Positions 37,912-39,367 of a stretch of 39,367 bases of DNA are shown in pieces. The DNA is from an uncultured bacterium (lineage in GTDB: Bacteria; Actinomycetota; Actinomycetes; S36-B12; UBA5976): the NCBI GenBank assembly GCA_963978265.1, contig CAXBQV010000003.1, positions 1 to 39,367 on the forward strand. The letters are read 5' to 3'. The notes under the pieces were generated by a model. The model did not search any database. It was not told where the DNA came from and saw only the letters and a list, made by a program, of their open reading frames with translations. Position 1 is the stretch's first letter. The number at the start of each line of letters is the position of its first letter. The translations under genes and the position numbers were made by a program.

Positions 37912-39367
37912 ATGGATCGCAAGAAGTGGCTCGGTCTGCCCTTCATCGCTCTCGGCGTCGCACTCATCATTGTTGACGCCACGATCGTGAACGTGGCGAT
38001 TCCCAGCATCATCGACGACCTCAAGATCACGTCCACGCAGGCGCAGTGGATCCAGGAGACCTACACGCTCGTCTTCGCGTCGTTGCTGTTGGCGTTCGGG
38101 CGCATCGCCGACCGTGTCGGGCGTCGCGCGATGTTCGCCGTCGGCGTGCTCGTCTTTGCAATCGCAAGCGTGATCGCCGCGAATGTGAGCTCCGGTGACG
38201 CACTCATCGCCGCGCGGTTGGTGCAGGGTGTGGGCGGCGCGATGATGCTGCCGACCTCGCTCTCGATCCTCAACTCGACGTTCTTCGGAAAGGATCGCGG
38301 CATCGCATTCGCCGTGTGGGGATCCACCATCGGTGCCGCTGCCGCGTTCGGTCCGCTGCTCGGCGGTTGGCTCACCACTGACTACTCATGGCGTTGGGCG
38401 TTCGGTATCAACGTGCCGGCCGGCATCCTCATCCTTGCAGGGCTGTTCCTCTTCGTGCATGAGTCGCGCGGGAGTGAGGACTCCGGACATGCCGACGGTG
38501 TCGGCGCACTGCTGTCTGCGGTCGGTATCGGCAGCATCGTCTTCGGTTTGATCGAGGGTCGGAACTACGGCTGGCTTGCCGCCACCGAGTCCTTCTCGGT
38601 CTTCGGACTCACCTGGAACCTCGGCATCTCGATTGTGCCCGTGATGTTCGTCATCGGCGCGGCCACCTTGTTCGTGTTCGTCAGGATCGAGTTGCAGCGC
38701 AACCGTGCGGGCAAACCAGTACTGCTCGACATGAAGCTGCTTGGCATCACGTCATTCCGCAATGCGAACATCGCCGCGGCCATTGTCAGCCTCGGTGAGT
38801 TCGGATTGCTGTTCGCGCTTCCGCTGTGGCTGCAGAACGTGCTGGGGTACAGCGCCTTCGACACCGGCAAGATCCTGCTCGCACTCGCGCTCGGCTCCTT
38901 CCTCGCAAGCGGTGCATCGGCCGGTATGGCGAGGCGTGGACCGGTGTTCATCGTGCGCACCGGGATCGCACTCGAGATCATCGGCATCGCAGCCGCAGGT
39001 CTCGTGATCACTCGTGACACGCCGTGGTGGTTGATCTGCATTCCCTTGTTCGTCTACGGCGCCGGTGTGGGACTCGCCACCGCGCAACTCACCGGTGTAG
39101 CCCTCGCAGACGTGCCGGTGCAGAACAGCGGGCAGGGCTCCGGCATCACGAGCACCACCCGCCAACTGGGCTCCGCGCTCGGTATCGCGATCCTCGGCAC
39201 CGTGCTGTTCTCCAGTCTTGGCAGCGATCTCGACAAGCGGCTCGAATCGATGCCGCAGATTCCTGCAGCTGCGCGCGCGGAGATCAGCAATACCGTCGTG
39301 AAATCGGCGGGCGCCGTGATTCCGGCACTCGTTGCCGATCCGCAGTACACAAGTCCATCATGCCTTG
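37912..39367 (+). CDS. DHA2-family MFS transporter, 3'-truncated (absent from ORF track because no stop)
   Basis: MDRKKWLGLPFIALGVALIIVDATIVNVAIPSI..., GRIADRVGRR, GPLLGGWLT..YSWRWAF.INVP, RQLGSALG; reads open to the window end. Confidence 0.93.
   Translation, partial: MDRKKWLGLPFIALGVALIIVDATIVNVAIPSIIDDLKITSTQAQWIQETYTLVFASLLLAFGRIADRVGRRAMFAVGVLVFAIASVIAANVSSGDALIAARLVQGVGGAMMLPTSLSILNSTFFGKDRGIAFAVWGSTIGAAAAFGPLLGGWLTTDYSWRWAFGINVPAGILILAGLFLFVHESRGSEDSGHADGVGALLSAVGIGSIVFGLIEGRNYGWLAATESFSVFGLTWNLGISIVPVMFVIGAATLFVFVRIELQRNRAGKPVLLDMKLLGITSFRNANIAAAIVSLGEFGLLFALPLWLQNVLGYSAFDTGKILLALALGSFLASGASAGMARRGPVFIVRTGIALEIIGIAAAGLVITRDTPWWLICIPLFVYGAGVGLATAQLTGVALADVPVQNSGQGSGITSTTRQLGSALGIAILGTVLFSSLGSDLDKRLESMPQIPAAARAEISNTVVKSAGAVIPALVADPQYTSPSCL

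Noticed and set aside
39346-39367. Last ~22 nt possibly foreign (YTSPSCL) like the left end
   Set aside because: Too short to judge without homologue alignment or reads.

Overview
High-GC Actinomycetota chromosomal segment, densely coding (about 38 CDSs and 2 tRNAs). I see no integrase, transposase, prophage or CRISPR array. Left part: FGGY kinase (partial) plus HAD phosphatase; a signal-peptide CocE/S15-type hydrolase fused through one TM helix to an ABC ATPase, with its permease; a disrupted low-GC SHOCT gene at the 3' end of tRNA-Thr(CGT); a Zn alcohol dehydrogenase; an unlisted 42-aa Cys-rich microprotein; a Liv-type ABC importer operon ending in a secreted alpha/beta-hydrolase; Lrp regulator divergent from ald; stand-alone TipAS; AspT/YidE transporter, GNAT, CBS, EamA and ABC-F. 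Middle: MATE transporter coupled to a RibBA homologue degenerate in both active sites; MgtC; tRNA-Arg(CCT). Right part: the conserved actinobacterial DUF4177-Rid-crp-nth-Nudix-marP / holin-like-acs-symporter-LytTR-kinase / Fic-like block, then MFS-DedA-MFS (truncated). Best leads: MATE plus pseudo-RibBA, the hydrolase-TM-ABC fusion, the Liv importer plus secreted esterase, and the Cys-rich microprotein. All family calls come from motif recognition by eye; no searches were run, so novelty is unverified.
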